NCBI GenBank assembly: GCA_001643675.2
Contig: LSRY02000003.1
Coordinates: 1,612,001-1,676,000, forward strand
Source of the DNA: Monocercomonoides exilis PA203
Taxonomy: Eukaryota; Protista; Preaxostyla
Reading direction: 5' to 3'
DNA length: 64,000 bases
Both the position numbers and the translations under genes were made by a program. Shown in pieces: positions 1 through 11,396 of the stretch. Each line of letters begins with the position of its first letter. The stretch's first letter is position 1. Under the pieces are notes generated by a model that saw nothing but the letters and a program-made list of their open reading frames with translations, had not been told where the DNA came from and ran no database searches.

Positions 1-7
1 CGAAGAT

Positions 8-1324
8 TTGGACGAAGAAGAGTTAGCAGCTCTTCTGGAGCCATCAACAGAGTCAACTGATGACAAGAACGACTCAGATGCCGTTATATCAGAAAGTGGC
101 GATGAAGAAGATGAATACTACGAGGATTCAATCAACAAAGGTGAAGAAGAAGAAGATGAAGAAGAAGCATACGATGATAAACGCCATCCAAATTCTGATG
201 AAACAAGCGATGATGATGAAGAATTTTATGAAGGGAAATATTCTCGCCGAAGGAAAAAAGTGAATGCCGCAGCGAGAAAGCACGCCCAGCAACTGGAAGA
301 AATGAAGAAGAAGATTGAGCAAATGAATGCGAAGTACGAGCCGCAGCTTTCTGGAAGCAGCACAGCGGAGCAAATGGTGAAGAGGAGAGGGGCATCGGAT
401 AAGCCAGCGCAGACGCCGAAAGCCAAAAGCAGTCGTGTTGTGCTGGTTGATGAAAGAGAAAGATTGCTTCCAGTGTTTGGACAACAGAAAATCGCCAATA
501 GGAAAACTGCGAAGAAATCTTTTGGAAAAACATTCAATCATGCTGCTGTTGAAAGCGGAGAATTCGAAAGCTATTTCGATGAGGAAGGGAAACGAACTCA
601 GAAGGGAAAGAACGAAGCAAAGAAAAGTTTTCGAATGAAATATCACAACACTCGGCATTCCTCACACGAATACGGAGCAAGTCAAATTCAACAACTGCAA
701 CTGCAGCAAATGAAGGACAAAGAAGATGACAGCAAGACACAAACAGAAAGTGAGAGTTCAAAAGACAAGGCAATTGAAAGTTTTAAAAGTAAAGAAATAA
801 GCAGCAGCTTGGCTCCGCAGGCGAAACTTGTTGATTCTGAAGAGAATGAAATGCATTCCCTTCAAGAGACACTCAAACTTCTTCGCAAACGCTCGGCTCG
901 GAACCACAGAAGAATAAATGGAACGCTTATGCCTCGTAAAATACACCACCATCGCCAATCAGAAACGGAGACTGAAAACGAAGAATCGGTTAAATTGGAG
1001 AGTTCAACAATGAAAAGAGAGGACGGAGAAGAAAATCTAAGCAAAATGGAAAAGAACGAAAAAGAAGGCAGAAAGGATATTTTCTCACATCCTCTTACTT
1101 ATGCAACAAATATTGCTTCTGAGCAACTTCACTGCTCAGAAAAAATAAGAAGTGCGTTTTTTTCTGAACATCAAATATTATTATCAAAGCTTTTTGTTTT
1201 TATATTATTTGTTTATTTTTTTGGATATTTTTTAGACACAGAACTTCTGTCTTCAAAAGAGTTGTCGCTGCTGGAATCTGTTGTTTATGTACTTTATGGG
1301 AAAACTATTTCGGAGGCAGGCTGA
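8..1324 (+). CDS. 3' part of an acidic/Lys-rich protein gene that begins upstream of the window; probable 84-nt intron at 1152-1235
   Basis: The frame is open from the window edge to TGA at 1322-1324. The T-rich stretch 1152-1235 starts GTGCGT and ends TTTAG, and its removal keeps the frame (IRN-TELL). No family is confidently recognised. Confidence 0.65.
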   Translation: MDEEELAALLEPSTESTDDKNDSDAVISESGDEEDEYYEDSINKGEEEEDEEEAYDDKRHPNSDETSDDDEEFYEGKYSRRRKKVNAAARKHAQQLEEMKKKIEQMNAKYEPQLSGSSTAEQMVKRRGASDKPAQTPKAKSSRVVLVDERERLLPVFGQQKIANRKTAKKSFGKTFNHAAVESGEFESYFDEEGKRTQKGKNEAKKSFRMKYHNTRHSSHEYGASQIQQLQLQQMKDKEDDSKTQTESESSKDKAIESFKSKEISSSLAPQAKLVDSEENEMHSLQETLKLLRKRSARNHRRINGTLMPRKIHHHRQSETETENEESVKLESSTMKREDGEENLSKMEKNEKEGRKDIFSHPLTYATNIASEQLHCSEKIRSAFFSEHQILLSKLFVFILFVYFFGYFLDTELLSSKELSLLESVVYVLYGKTISEAG

Positions 1325-1529
1325 ATAATCTTTGATAACCTTACATAAAGTAATTTTAAAACTGTTTTCAGACTTTCAAGTTTTTTATAAATAATAATAT
1401 TTGAAATATAAAATTCTCCTTTTTTTTAAAAAAATTAATCTCTTTCTTTTTTCATTATCGCTCATAAAAATTCATCATTTCAAAGAAAAAACAAAACAAA
1501 AAACACAAAAAAACAAAACGTAATGATTT

Positions 1530-3508
1530 TCAGGAAATCCCATCTGTGGTGTTCAGACAAGCCTCGCCCTCATCAACACCTCCTTGTGTGTGGCCCATCT
1601 CAACCTCATCCCCCTCGCTGGTTGTCCACTCCTCACTGCCCAACACCACTCAGCTGCCTCCATCTCCTCCTCCACTTGCACCATCTTCCCACCTTCCCTC
1701 AACAACAACCACCACCACCACCACTGCCCCCTCTTCCTCTCTGCCCATGCCTCCATCGCCCTCACAAACTTCTCCCTCACCACCCACCAACCAGCCATCT
1801 TCTCCTTCCCCCTCTTCTCCACCCCAAACAATCTCCTCCCAGATCCCCACTCCCCAATCCCTGCCACCTTCTCCATCTCTCACTCCTCATTCTCCTCATT
1901 CATCCCCCTCATCCAGCCTTTCCTTTTTTCTCCTTCTTCCCTCTCTTCCCCTTCCCCTTCTCCATCTCCATCCCTTTCACCTTCTCCTTCATCTTTCTCA
2001 TCCTCATCCTCATCCTCTTCTTTTTCTTTCCCTTCCCCTTCCTCTTCCCCTTCGATTTCCTCTTCCCCATCCCCTCTCCATATCCATCACCAATCCCATC
2101 CCCACCTCCAAATCCACCTCAATCTCCATCTCTCAAACACCCTCTTCTCCAACATCTCTTCTCCTCAATCCCCTCTTTCTCTTCCATCCCTTCCTTCACA
2201 CTCACTCAATTCATTCATCTCAACCACTTCTTCCTCTTCCTCTTCTTCCTCTTCCACCAACATCAACATCAATTTAATCCCCTCCTTCTCTCTTCATTCA
2301 TCCCTCTCCATCCACTCATCTATCTTCCTCCACGCTCACAACTCCATCGATGGAACCATCCTTCCCAACCTCAACTGCCCATCCACTTCTCTTTCTGCTT
2401 TCAATGCTTCTTTTCTTCACCAAACACGCTCTTCACCAAATGCTGCTGTTGAATATATTGGAACAGAATCTCAAAGAAAATCACCTGGGAGGTTGACTTC
2501 ATTCGATCAAAACAGTCATCGCTTTGAATGGTGCGAATGGAAAGATTCAAATGGTGGTGGTGATCATGGAGGTGCACTTAAAGTTGTTTGCACAAATGCA
2601 AATCTCACAATCACTTCTTGTTCATTCAACAATTGTTCAACAAATGATCATGGTGGAGCAATACGTTGTGACAGATTGTTGAAAATTGACATCGCAAAAT
2701 CAAATTTCACCAGTTGTTCTGCTTTACATGGAGGAGCAACTTGCATAGCTTATCCACAATCCAATTCTGTTTGGACATTCTCAGAAAACAGAGTGGAAAG
2801 TTGTTCAATAACTGATTGGTGTGGAACTGGTTGGTATTTTGCTCTAAATAATAATCAGTTAAATTTTCAATTTCTGTTTTCAAACTGCAAATGCATTTCA
2901 AATTCTGGTGGAAATGCTGCTGGCTCTTTAACATTTCATTCGCCTCCAACAAATAAGCCAAATCAATTTTTGGTTAATGATTGCCAATTCATAATCAATA
3001 AATTAACTGCTTCTTCGACATATGGAGGTGCTGCAATTTATTTTCATTCGACTTACTCTTGGATGAGCGGAAATAAATTCATCACATTCTGTTTTTTCGA
3101 TGGCAACGCTGCCAAAAATGGCAGAGGAAACGATGTGTTCTTTTACGGAAGTGATATTACCCAATCCCCATTCCAGCAATGTGGCTCAACGACCCCATCA
3201 AAAGAGTCTGGAACGCAGGAACTGCTGATGATGTAGAGTACAACAGATGGCTTCCTCTCATAACAACTTTCAAAATCGTGTCAAATAATGGAACAAACAC
3301 CGATCTCTGCGGAATCACACAGCTCAGTCCATGCAAAACAATAGAATTCGCTCTTGTTCGCATGACAGATACCCAAGACGCCTCTCTCACCCTCCTCACC
3401 TCAACATTTGTTCCCACTCAAACTCTCTCCTTCAGCGCAGCTGATGCAAAAATCATTTCAAATGATGAACTTTCTCATAATTTCCTTAATTATTTCTTCA
3501 AATTCTGA
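1530..3508 (+). pseudogene. Copy A: Cys-rich GGA-repeat (predicted beta-helix, Pmp/pectin-lyase-like) surface-protein fragment with a Ser/Pro/His-rich linker
   Basis: It mirrors A' but lacks the leader, with in-frame stops just upstream of ~1530. Motifs include GGAL, GGAI, GGAT, FxNC and FFDGNxAxNGRGNDVFF. A 1-nt deletion in an A run near 3210 splits ORFs 1584-3236 and 3179-3508 and may be a sequencing error. Confidence 0.75.
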
Positions 3509-3509
3509 T

Positions 3510-4030
3510 AATTTTTCATTTCACTTCATATTCATGATCTGCCATCTTCTTTTCAACATGAGTGTATATCATCACTTATCTTTCATAGAGCCCAAAATCA
3601 CACAGATTATATTATTTCTTCGACATTTTCTATTTAATTTTTCTTTTCATCAAATGAAAATAAAACTCGTTGCTTAAATGAATGTTTTCAATTATTCTTC
3701 TCTTCAAAATGCATTTCTTCAAGCATATCAACAAGCTCTTCAAAACCTTCAATTTCTTTTGCCATTCCCATTTCTCCTTTTTCATCCGCTGCAGACGCAC
3801 TTATTTCATAGAATTATCCTTCAATTATTTGCTTTCAAATAAACTATGCTCTCCTCGTTTAATCATCCTCTCATTCCATTGAAGGCAAATGACGTTGTGA
3901 AATTTGTCGAAGGTCATCCTCATAATCATTCGTCCCAAACATCCTATCCTGTCCTGTTCTTTATGTTTTCGGTGAATTCTTTCAGCTTCCAAATGAAAAA
4001 AGTCAGAGGCAATCTCTATTTTTTGTTGCA
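3510..4030 (+). repeat. Dispersed 3'-flank block (degenerate, non-coding or decayed coding); related copies near 9330-10030, 12930-13480, 16900-17300, 25060-25460, 28890-29440 and 37810-38340
   Basis: Shared words such as AAAACTCGTTGCTTAAAT, TTCATAGAATTATCC, GACGTTGTGAAAT and TTCAGCTTCCAAAT recur, with variants, downstream of A, C, E and their mirrors. Confidence 0.7.
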
Positions 4031-6420
4031 TGCCTGATGCTCGGCTATTCCGGATCAATATTACCCATTTCATTGCCGTGTTATGTCCGGCTGAAATTCT
4101 GTGAAAGTGTGAATATTTCTTTTGCGTTTCCTATTTGAGCAGATTTTAATGCTTCTTGATGAATTTGATGAAGTTGAATGAAATGATAAATTCAACATTA
4201 TTTTTGATGTTCATCGAAGAAGGCGTTGAAGAAGAAAAGGAGGATCACAATTGTTGAAATGAAGATAGAAGCTGTGTGAATGTTCGAACGTATGAGGAAG
4301 AACAAAGTCAAAGAAGAAGAAGAAGAAGAAATGGTTGAGTGAAGAAGATTTTGTGTGTTTTTGGCTATGCGATTCATAACAGGCGTGCTTGTCGCTGAAT
4401 AAGCAAGTGAATTGTGAGAAGGCGAATTTTGTGTATGTAAACAGAAAAATGAGGAAGATGGTTGATTGAATGAAGGAGGATTATCAGAAGAAGAAGAAGA
4501 TGAAAAAGATGAAGAAGAAGATGCAGTTGAGAAATGCGAAAACAGTTGAACAATATTTATGATGTTGAGAATAATTTGTATGAAATCGTTGATTGGCTGA
4601 AGCATCTTATTCGATGTGTAAACTTCACATTGGTTTGAAAAATTCAGTCATAAAACTTTTGACGAACAGATTGTGGAAATCAATCTTGCTGTATTTCTTC
4701 AAAGTTTATTGACTTTCTTTTTGTAATTTCCACTCCTTTCCCCTCAAAAATAGAAAATATTAATATCTCTCAATTTCTTTTCCTTTCCATTTTTCCTCTT
4801 GCATTCAGCTCACAAAATCATCAGAAAATATCAATCCCCTCCTTATCTTCTGAATTCTCAGTTTCTTCCATAAAATCATTTCCTTTCATAAAAAATACCC
4901 TTCTTTCAAGCCTTTCAGCATTTCTCAATTTCCCTCCTCTCACCGAATTTTACCCTCTTTTATTTCTTTTCAAATTCCATATCTCCAATCAACAATAATC
5001 ACCTTCTTCATCATCACCAGTTACTTCTCTATATGTTTTCTATATTATCTTCTCCGAATTTCCACTTGCTCTTCCCCATCCCTCTGTCTCCAAATTTCTT
5101 CCTTTCAAAAGCCCCTCTTGAAATATAAACATTCCATAAAATACTCAACTCCCACCCCCTGCCAAAAAAAATATTCTTCCATCTCTTCTCTGCCCCATAT
5201 CCCTCATGTGCAAGGTGTTGACAAGATAAACATCAAATACTTCTTTTGGTGGTTGAGAATATTATTAAAGGAGATGATCATGGCCGAAAAAAAAAACCCC
5301 TTTGGACATCCGCCACAATGTGTACGGGCTGAGAAGACCCTCCAGTGAGATACACGATGTATTTTGTGAAGAAGGATGCAATGCTGCAATTTGACCATTC
5401 TGAGACTGAAATAAAGAGATTTATTTTTTGAATGATGATGGCTGTGGAAATGAGGCTGTTTGGCAAACACAATCGAAGAGCAGTTTGTTCTTTATTTGTT
5501 TTATTTATATGAATATTTGCCTTTTGAATGTTTTTGTGTTGTTTTCAGGGCAGGAGGTGGAAATGAATGAAAATGAACGAAAGCGGGATATCTCATTGTG
5601 CAGGGTGGCTATGGAGTTGGGAGAGCGAATTCATATGGAAAGTTCCCAGGATGAAGGGATTGGGGAGGGAATTGGAGATGATATTTTCAGACAAAAAACA
5701 AGGACATTTTTCAATGATGAGGGTGGAATTGAGCTGAATGCATAAATCTCACATTTTTCAGAAGAGCAAGAAATAGATGCATTTGATGGAGAAACAACTG
5801 ATGGAAAGGATGATTTGCGAATCAGATGATGAAACACTTGAAAAAGGAAGGAATAATGAAATTGAATTGAAGAAAACAGTTGCCAATTAAATATAAAACA
5901 GAAAATTGCCTTTTAAAATGTTTGGAAGGTTTGCTGATATATTTTTTGAATTTATTATTATTTTTTTAAAAGAATGCTGAAAGAATGAGGGATTGGATGG
6001 CTTTGAATTAGGAAAGCAAGGAAGAAAAATGAAATGAAGATTGATGAAATGCGAGATATTTCGAAGATGTCTGGCATTAACCTTTGGCGAAGAATTATTT
6101 TTGAGGAAAGAAGATTTTTTTGAGAAAGAGGGGATGTTAAAGAAGAAGAGACGGAATGAAAAAGGGATTTACATAGCTTTCCAATTTTTTGTTGGCGAGG
6201 GGGATGATAGAGCTGAATGTTTGATGGATTTGGAGGATCTTATATGCAGGAAAAGATACAAAAACGGAAGAAGAAAGAAGGAAAAGATTAATTCTGCGAA
6301 AATTTTTGTTTTTATTTATTAGCATTCGCCTTCACATTTTTCAGCAGCCGATCATCTTGTGCAATTCCTGCATCATCATCTTCTTCTTCCAATGTATAGA
6401 TGTCATTTCATATCGCACAA

Positions 6421-6590
6421 TTTCTTCTTCTTCTTCTTCTTCTTCTTCTTCTTCTTCTTCTTCTTCTTCTTCTTCTTCTTCTTCTTCTTCTTCTTCTTCT
6501 TCTTCTTCTTCTTCTTCTTCTTCTTTTTCTTCTCCTTCTTCTCCTTCTCCTTCTCCTTCTTCTTCTTCTTCTTCTTCTTCTTTTTCTTCA
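6421..6590. repeat. (TTC)n microsatellite with a (TTCTCC)n variant tail
   Basis: Direct reading. No equivalent long tract is present at the mirror position (~35400-35500). Confidence 0.95.
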
Positions 6591-7099
6591 TTCACGCCAT
6601 TTGATTGAATTTCTTCATATTTTGCGTCTTCACAAGAGATTGTTAGAGAAATGAAGAAAGATATTTTTGAAGAAATGAAACAGGAACAGAAACGAGAAGA
6701 AAATAGAAAAGAAAATAGAAAAGAAAATAAATAGAATGATGAGAATGAAGATAGTTAGGAGAGTTTAGAGAGCATGATGAATGGAAATATGATTGAGAGA
6801 ATTGAAGAGATTTTTTTTTTTGAATGAAAAGAAGAAGATATTTGGAAATGTAGTTTGAGAAGGAAATTTGATTTGAGAAGAGAAGAAACAGGAATTTACA
6901 CAAAGAAATGTATTTGGATAAACAGAGGATAAATTTGAATGAAGAAATAACAAATAGGGGTAAATGACGAAATGCAGAAGAAATCAAAAGTTTTGAATAA
7001 ATGAGTCAAAGAAGGAATGAGAGGAGAGGAGATGATAGAGAAAGAAAAAATAAGAGATGGAAGCAGGAAAAGCATTTCATTGGAGAATTTGGAACGAAA

Positions 7100-8075
7100 A
7101 GCTAGAATCGGTCATTTTTTCTCAGCGTTTTCAGCTTGTCCATTATTATACACTCTTTCAGCTGGGGTTGTTGAGCCACAATTCTCAAACGGAGATTGAG
7201 TGATGGAACTGCCACTGAAGAACACATCATTTCCTCTGCCATTTGTGGCAGTGTTTCCATCGAAGAAACAGAATGTGATGAATTTAAACCCGCTCATCCA
7301 ATCATATGTTCTGGTGCAACACAACGCAGCACCACCATATGAAGTTGGATTTTCGACTTTGTTGTTTATGAATTGGCAATCATTAACCAAAAATTGATTT
7401 GGTTTGTTGCTTGGAGGGAAATTGAATGTGAGAGAACCAGCAGAATCACCACCAGAATTTGAGATGCACTTGCATTTGGTGAACAAGAATTGACCGTTTG
7501 AAGAAAAATCTTCAATATAGAAATACCATCCTGTTCCAATAGTGCCTGTTATTGAACAATTTTCCACTCTGTTTTCTGAGAATGAATATACGGAAGATGA
7601 TTGCCGACCATCAATATCAATTGCTCCTCCATTAGGAGCAGAACAGTTTGAAAAGTTGGATTTTGCAATATTCTCATTTTGCAAACAGTAACTGTATAAC
7701 GCTCCACCATAATATCCATCAGTTGAACAATTGATAAATGAGCAAGAAGTTATTGTGAGGTTTGCATTTGTACAAGAAACATAAAGTGCACCACCCCAAT
7801 CACTACCACCATTTGAATCATTCCATTCGCACCATTCAAAGCGATGGCTGTTCAATTCAGTAAAGGACAATCGACTTAATTCCTTTCTTTGAGACTCAGA
7901 TCCAATATATTCAACAGGATCATTTGATGAAGAACGAGTTTGGTGAAGAAAAGAGGCATTGAAGGCAGAGAGGGAAGTGGATGGGCTGTTGAGGGAAGGG
8001 AGGATGGCGCCATCGATGGGGTTGTGGGTGTGGAGGAAGATGGTTGAGTGGATGGAGAGGGAGGAATTGGAGTAT
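7100..8075 (-). pseudogene. Copy B of the GGA-repeat family, truncated at both ends
   Basis: ORF 7112-7870 extends upstream in frame through HTHNPIDG to a stop near 8085. The ATG at 8130 is out of frame. Homology ends after RVYNNG. Confidence 0.75.
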
Positions 8076-8499
8076 TTTGTTTTTCAGAAGAACACACAAA
8101 AATAAAAGAGAGAGAAAATAGAAATTTCATCGAAACACTCTGTTTTCATTTGTTATCATTCTCATAAGCAAATTTCAACCTTTAATCAATTTATTCTATT
8201 AGTTCATCATCGTCTTCTTCTTCTTTTTCTTCTTCTTTTTCTTCTTCTTCTTTCCCTAACTGTTTCATTCCTTCAGCCCATCGTCATCGTCTTCCCATGG
8301 ATTCAAAAATAAACCAATGAGAACATTCTCATTCGGAAAAATACAATCCAAAAGCTTCTGTTTCTCCAGAAGACACATTCAACACACAACACTCCTTCTC
8401 CTTTGCATTCTTCTTATCCTCTTTCTTCTTCATCTTCTTCGACTCTTTTATATTCTTCCTCTTCTTCTTCGTCTTCGTTGTCTTCTTCTTCGTCAACAT

Positions 8500-8630
8500 T
8501 TTCGCCTTCTTCATCTTCTTCACCTTCTTCACCTTCACCTTCTCTTACTCCTTCTTCTTCTTATTCACCTTCTTCACCTTCTTCACCTTCTTCACCTTCT
8601 TCACCTTCTTCTGCTTCTGCTTCTGCTTCT
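8500..8630. repeat. 9-nt tandem repeat (TTCACCTTC)n and low-complexity tract
   Basis: Direct reading. It would encode EEGEEG-type acidic sequence on the minus strand. Confidence 0.8.
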
Positions 8631-10439
8631 TTTTCCTCCTCATTCATCTACTTGAAAATATTTCTCCTCTGGAAGCTATAGAAAAGATTTCTCTTTCCAT
8701 TTTTTTCATTTTCAAGCAGTTTTCAATTTATATTCGATGAATTATTCTTTTTCATAATTTTATTCTGTTTCACTTCTTTATTTTCCTCCTCATTTCCTTT
8801 ATCTTCTTCTTCTTTGCATTCTTCAACTTCTTCTGCGCCTTGTCCTTTCCCACAAACTGTGCCATCTTCAACTTCTTCTTCTGCTTCTTTTTCTGATTCA
8901 TCTTTTCTATATTCATCCCGCTGGTGTTGAATCAGGCTATCGACCATCAAATGCCTTTAAGCTGTACAATCAGCAGAGAAGCAACGTAAAATTGAACGAA
9001 AAATAGCTTCATTCACATTTCTTCCTCTCAATGACCATTCACCAAATGCGCCTTCATTTCATTTTTCATTCGCAATATAGGATATGAAAAGCCATCTGTA
9101 CAAAATCTGTCTTTTCATTCAAATCGATTTCTTCCTCAACGCCTTTTCCGATCAGCGCATAAAAAATATTAATATTTCTATTTCATTCAAATTCTCCTCG
9201 AATTCTGCGTCGAATGTTTTCTTTCCTTTTTATTGAAAAGCATAAAAAGTTATATTCATTCTATCATAGAATGACAGCAGAAATTGTATTACGACGGAGG
9301 TGATTCTCCACAAAGCAAAGAAAAGTCTGCGCGTTATCAACAACTGAATCAATTCTGGCTTTTTCATTTGGAAGCTGAAGCATTTGAAGTGAAAAGGAAA
9401 AGTATTCAAGCTATTTTTGTTTGGAATGACTGGGTTCCAAAAATAGCCTCCGACAGATTTTGCAGCTACGAAATCACAACAAATAGTTAGAAATGAAACA
9501 ATGAGATAAAGCGATTTTTCCTAAAAACCATATTTGAAGGAAAGTCATATGAGATTCTGGTACTAATCGGATGCAAGCAAGTTGAAATAAGAAAATTGAG
9601 GAAAATATAATAATTGAAAAACCTTCGAATATGATTGAAGAAATGCATGTTGAAGAGAAGAAATCGACGATTTTTTAAAGCAACAGCAGAATTTGCATTT
9701 GATGAAGAAAAGAAAATAGATGAAGAAATTTCAAAGAAATATTTTTATTTGAGATGATATAAAGGATTTAGAAAAAAAATAAACTTCTAATGAAAAGAAG
9801 ATGAAAGCTCAAGAATTTTTCAATGATATGGAAAATATTCAAAATTAGTAAATGGAAGAGATGTTAAGATGAGGCAAGAAAAGAAGGGAAACAAACATGC
9901 AATAAGAAAAGGAGGATGCCTTTCCCTCCATTTTCAGTGAATGAAGGAGACACAGACGAAAAGATAATAATATTGAAGCAATTCTTGTTTGGGGAGGGCG
10001 AATGACAACAGAGATGACCTTCGAGAGATTTCTCCATCGCAACGTGTGTTCTCCTAACATGTGAGTGAATTTCTTGTGAATGTCTCCGACTGAGCGAATT
10101 CTCTCTTGTTTTTCTTCATTTTCGGCTTCTGCTTCTGCTTCTGAAACTTCATCTGCATTTTGCTGATCACTTCTTCAATGTGATATCCATGATGGCCTTC
10201 TTTGAATGCTTCAGGATGCGCAGAAAAGACGAGCAGCAGGAGACATCTTAACAATCACAGAAATTGAAAGAGCCAGTTGTCTCTTCACATTCCAATTTTT
10301 CAGCACATTCTCATTCAATTCTTGCACATCAACCAAAAATCGGGAGGAAATATCAGATGAGATGAAAGTTGACCACGACGAAGGCGAAGACGATCATAAT
10401 GATAACGAGGAAGAAGAAAAAGATGATAAAGAAGAAGAG

Positions 10440-11396
10440 GAAATAAAAGAAGAAAGAGATGATAAGGGCTTGGGGAAAGACATACACAACAAAGCATTCC
10501 AATACCCTCAAAAGCCAAAGGAACATACAAAAGCAGTTAAAGAATATGACTGGGGATGAATTATGTGACGCATTTGGTTAGACTGAAAAGTTGCCTGGGT
10601 CATTTTGTGAGGAAGAAATTCTGCCTCTTCTACCGCCTTTGGGAGAACAGAGGGAAGAAGGAGGGGAAGGGAAGAGAGGAGCAGCAAAGTATCGTTTTCT
10701 TGGTTGGAACAATGACATTCGGAATTGCATGAAAAGAGGGAATATGATGAATGAGCATCATCCTTCACCATCATCCGCTTCAAATTCATTGAATGTTAGG
10801 AGTCACCCTCATTTTGAGCTTCCAAGCAGCAATGCTTCTGTCACGATGCAACAGGAAGAATGCAAACAGATTCCTCTATCATCGTCGTCTTCTTCTTCTT
10901 CTTCATATTCCTCTTCACATATCATATGTCAATCTGAATTCGAGTGATTGTGATTGTGATTGCAATTGTTTCTATCTGGTTACACACACAGTTTGAGAGT
11001 GTCTACCACACGCAGATGCTGTCGAAGATCCCCCTTTTGGAGCACTTGTGAAGGCTCTGATTGCTCTTGTGTGCAGATGCCTTCTCCGCCTCCGCACTCT
11101 TCAGATGCACTGCCTCTTCCTCCTCTTCCTCTTCCTCCTCTTCGTCTTCTTCGCTTTTATTTTCCTCAGCATTTTCATCACCATCATGAATATCGTCACT
11201 TTCTCCTCCATCAACATCATCTTCTTCCTTCTCATCGTCATCTTCAATCACAGTCTGTTTCATGTCTCCATTCGAATGATTATCTTCGTTTGACTCAGCC
11301 ACACGCAAATGTTTGCTGTTTGATGAGCAATGATAGTTTTTTGGGAGAGTTGAGAAATGAAAAAGAAAATGGATCAAATGGAGATGAGAAAGAAAT
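10440..11396. repeat. Intermediate stratum of the inverted duplication (mirror of ~30973-31930), moderately diverged
   Basis: ORFs 10960+/30959- and 11003-/30994+ are clear homologues with scattered substitutions. Confidence 0.85.

Larger units (their letters stand above)
1530..8040. repeat. Outer left arm of the large inverted duplication (diverged mirror of ~33940-40312)
   Basis: Mirror ORF pairs are 1584+/38342-, 4198-/37226+ (MLQPINDFIQIILNIIN), 5631-/35940+ (FHHLIRKSSFPSVVS) and 7112-/33841+. They differ by many substitutions and indels. Confidence 0.9.

Noticed and set aside
8-700. Assignment of the first ORF to the NOL10/Enp2 C-terminus
   Set aside because: The resemblance is only vague (acidic tract, KSFG, GEFE) in low-complexity sequence and cannot be supported without a search.
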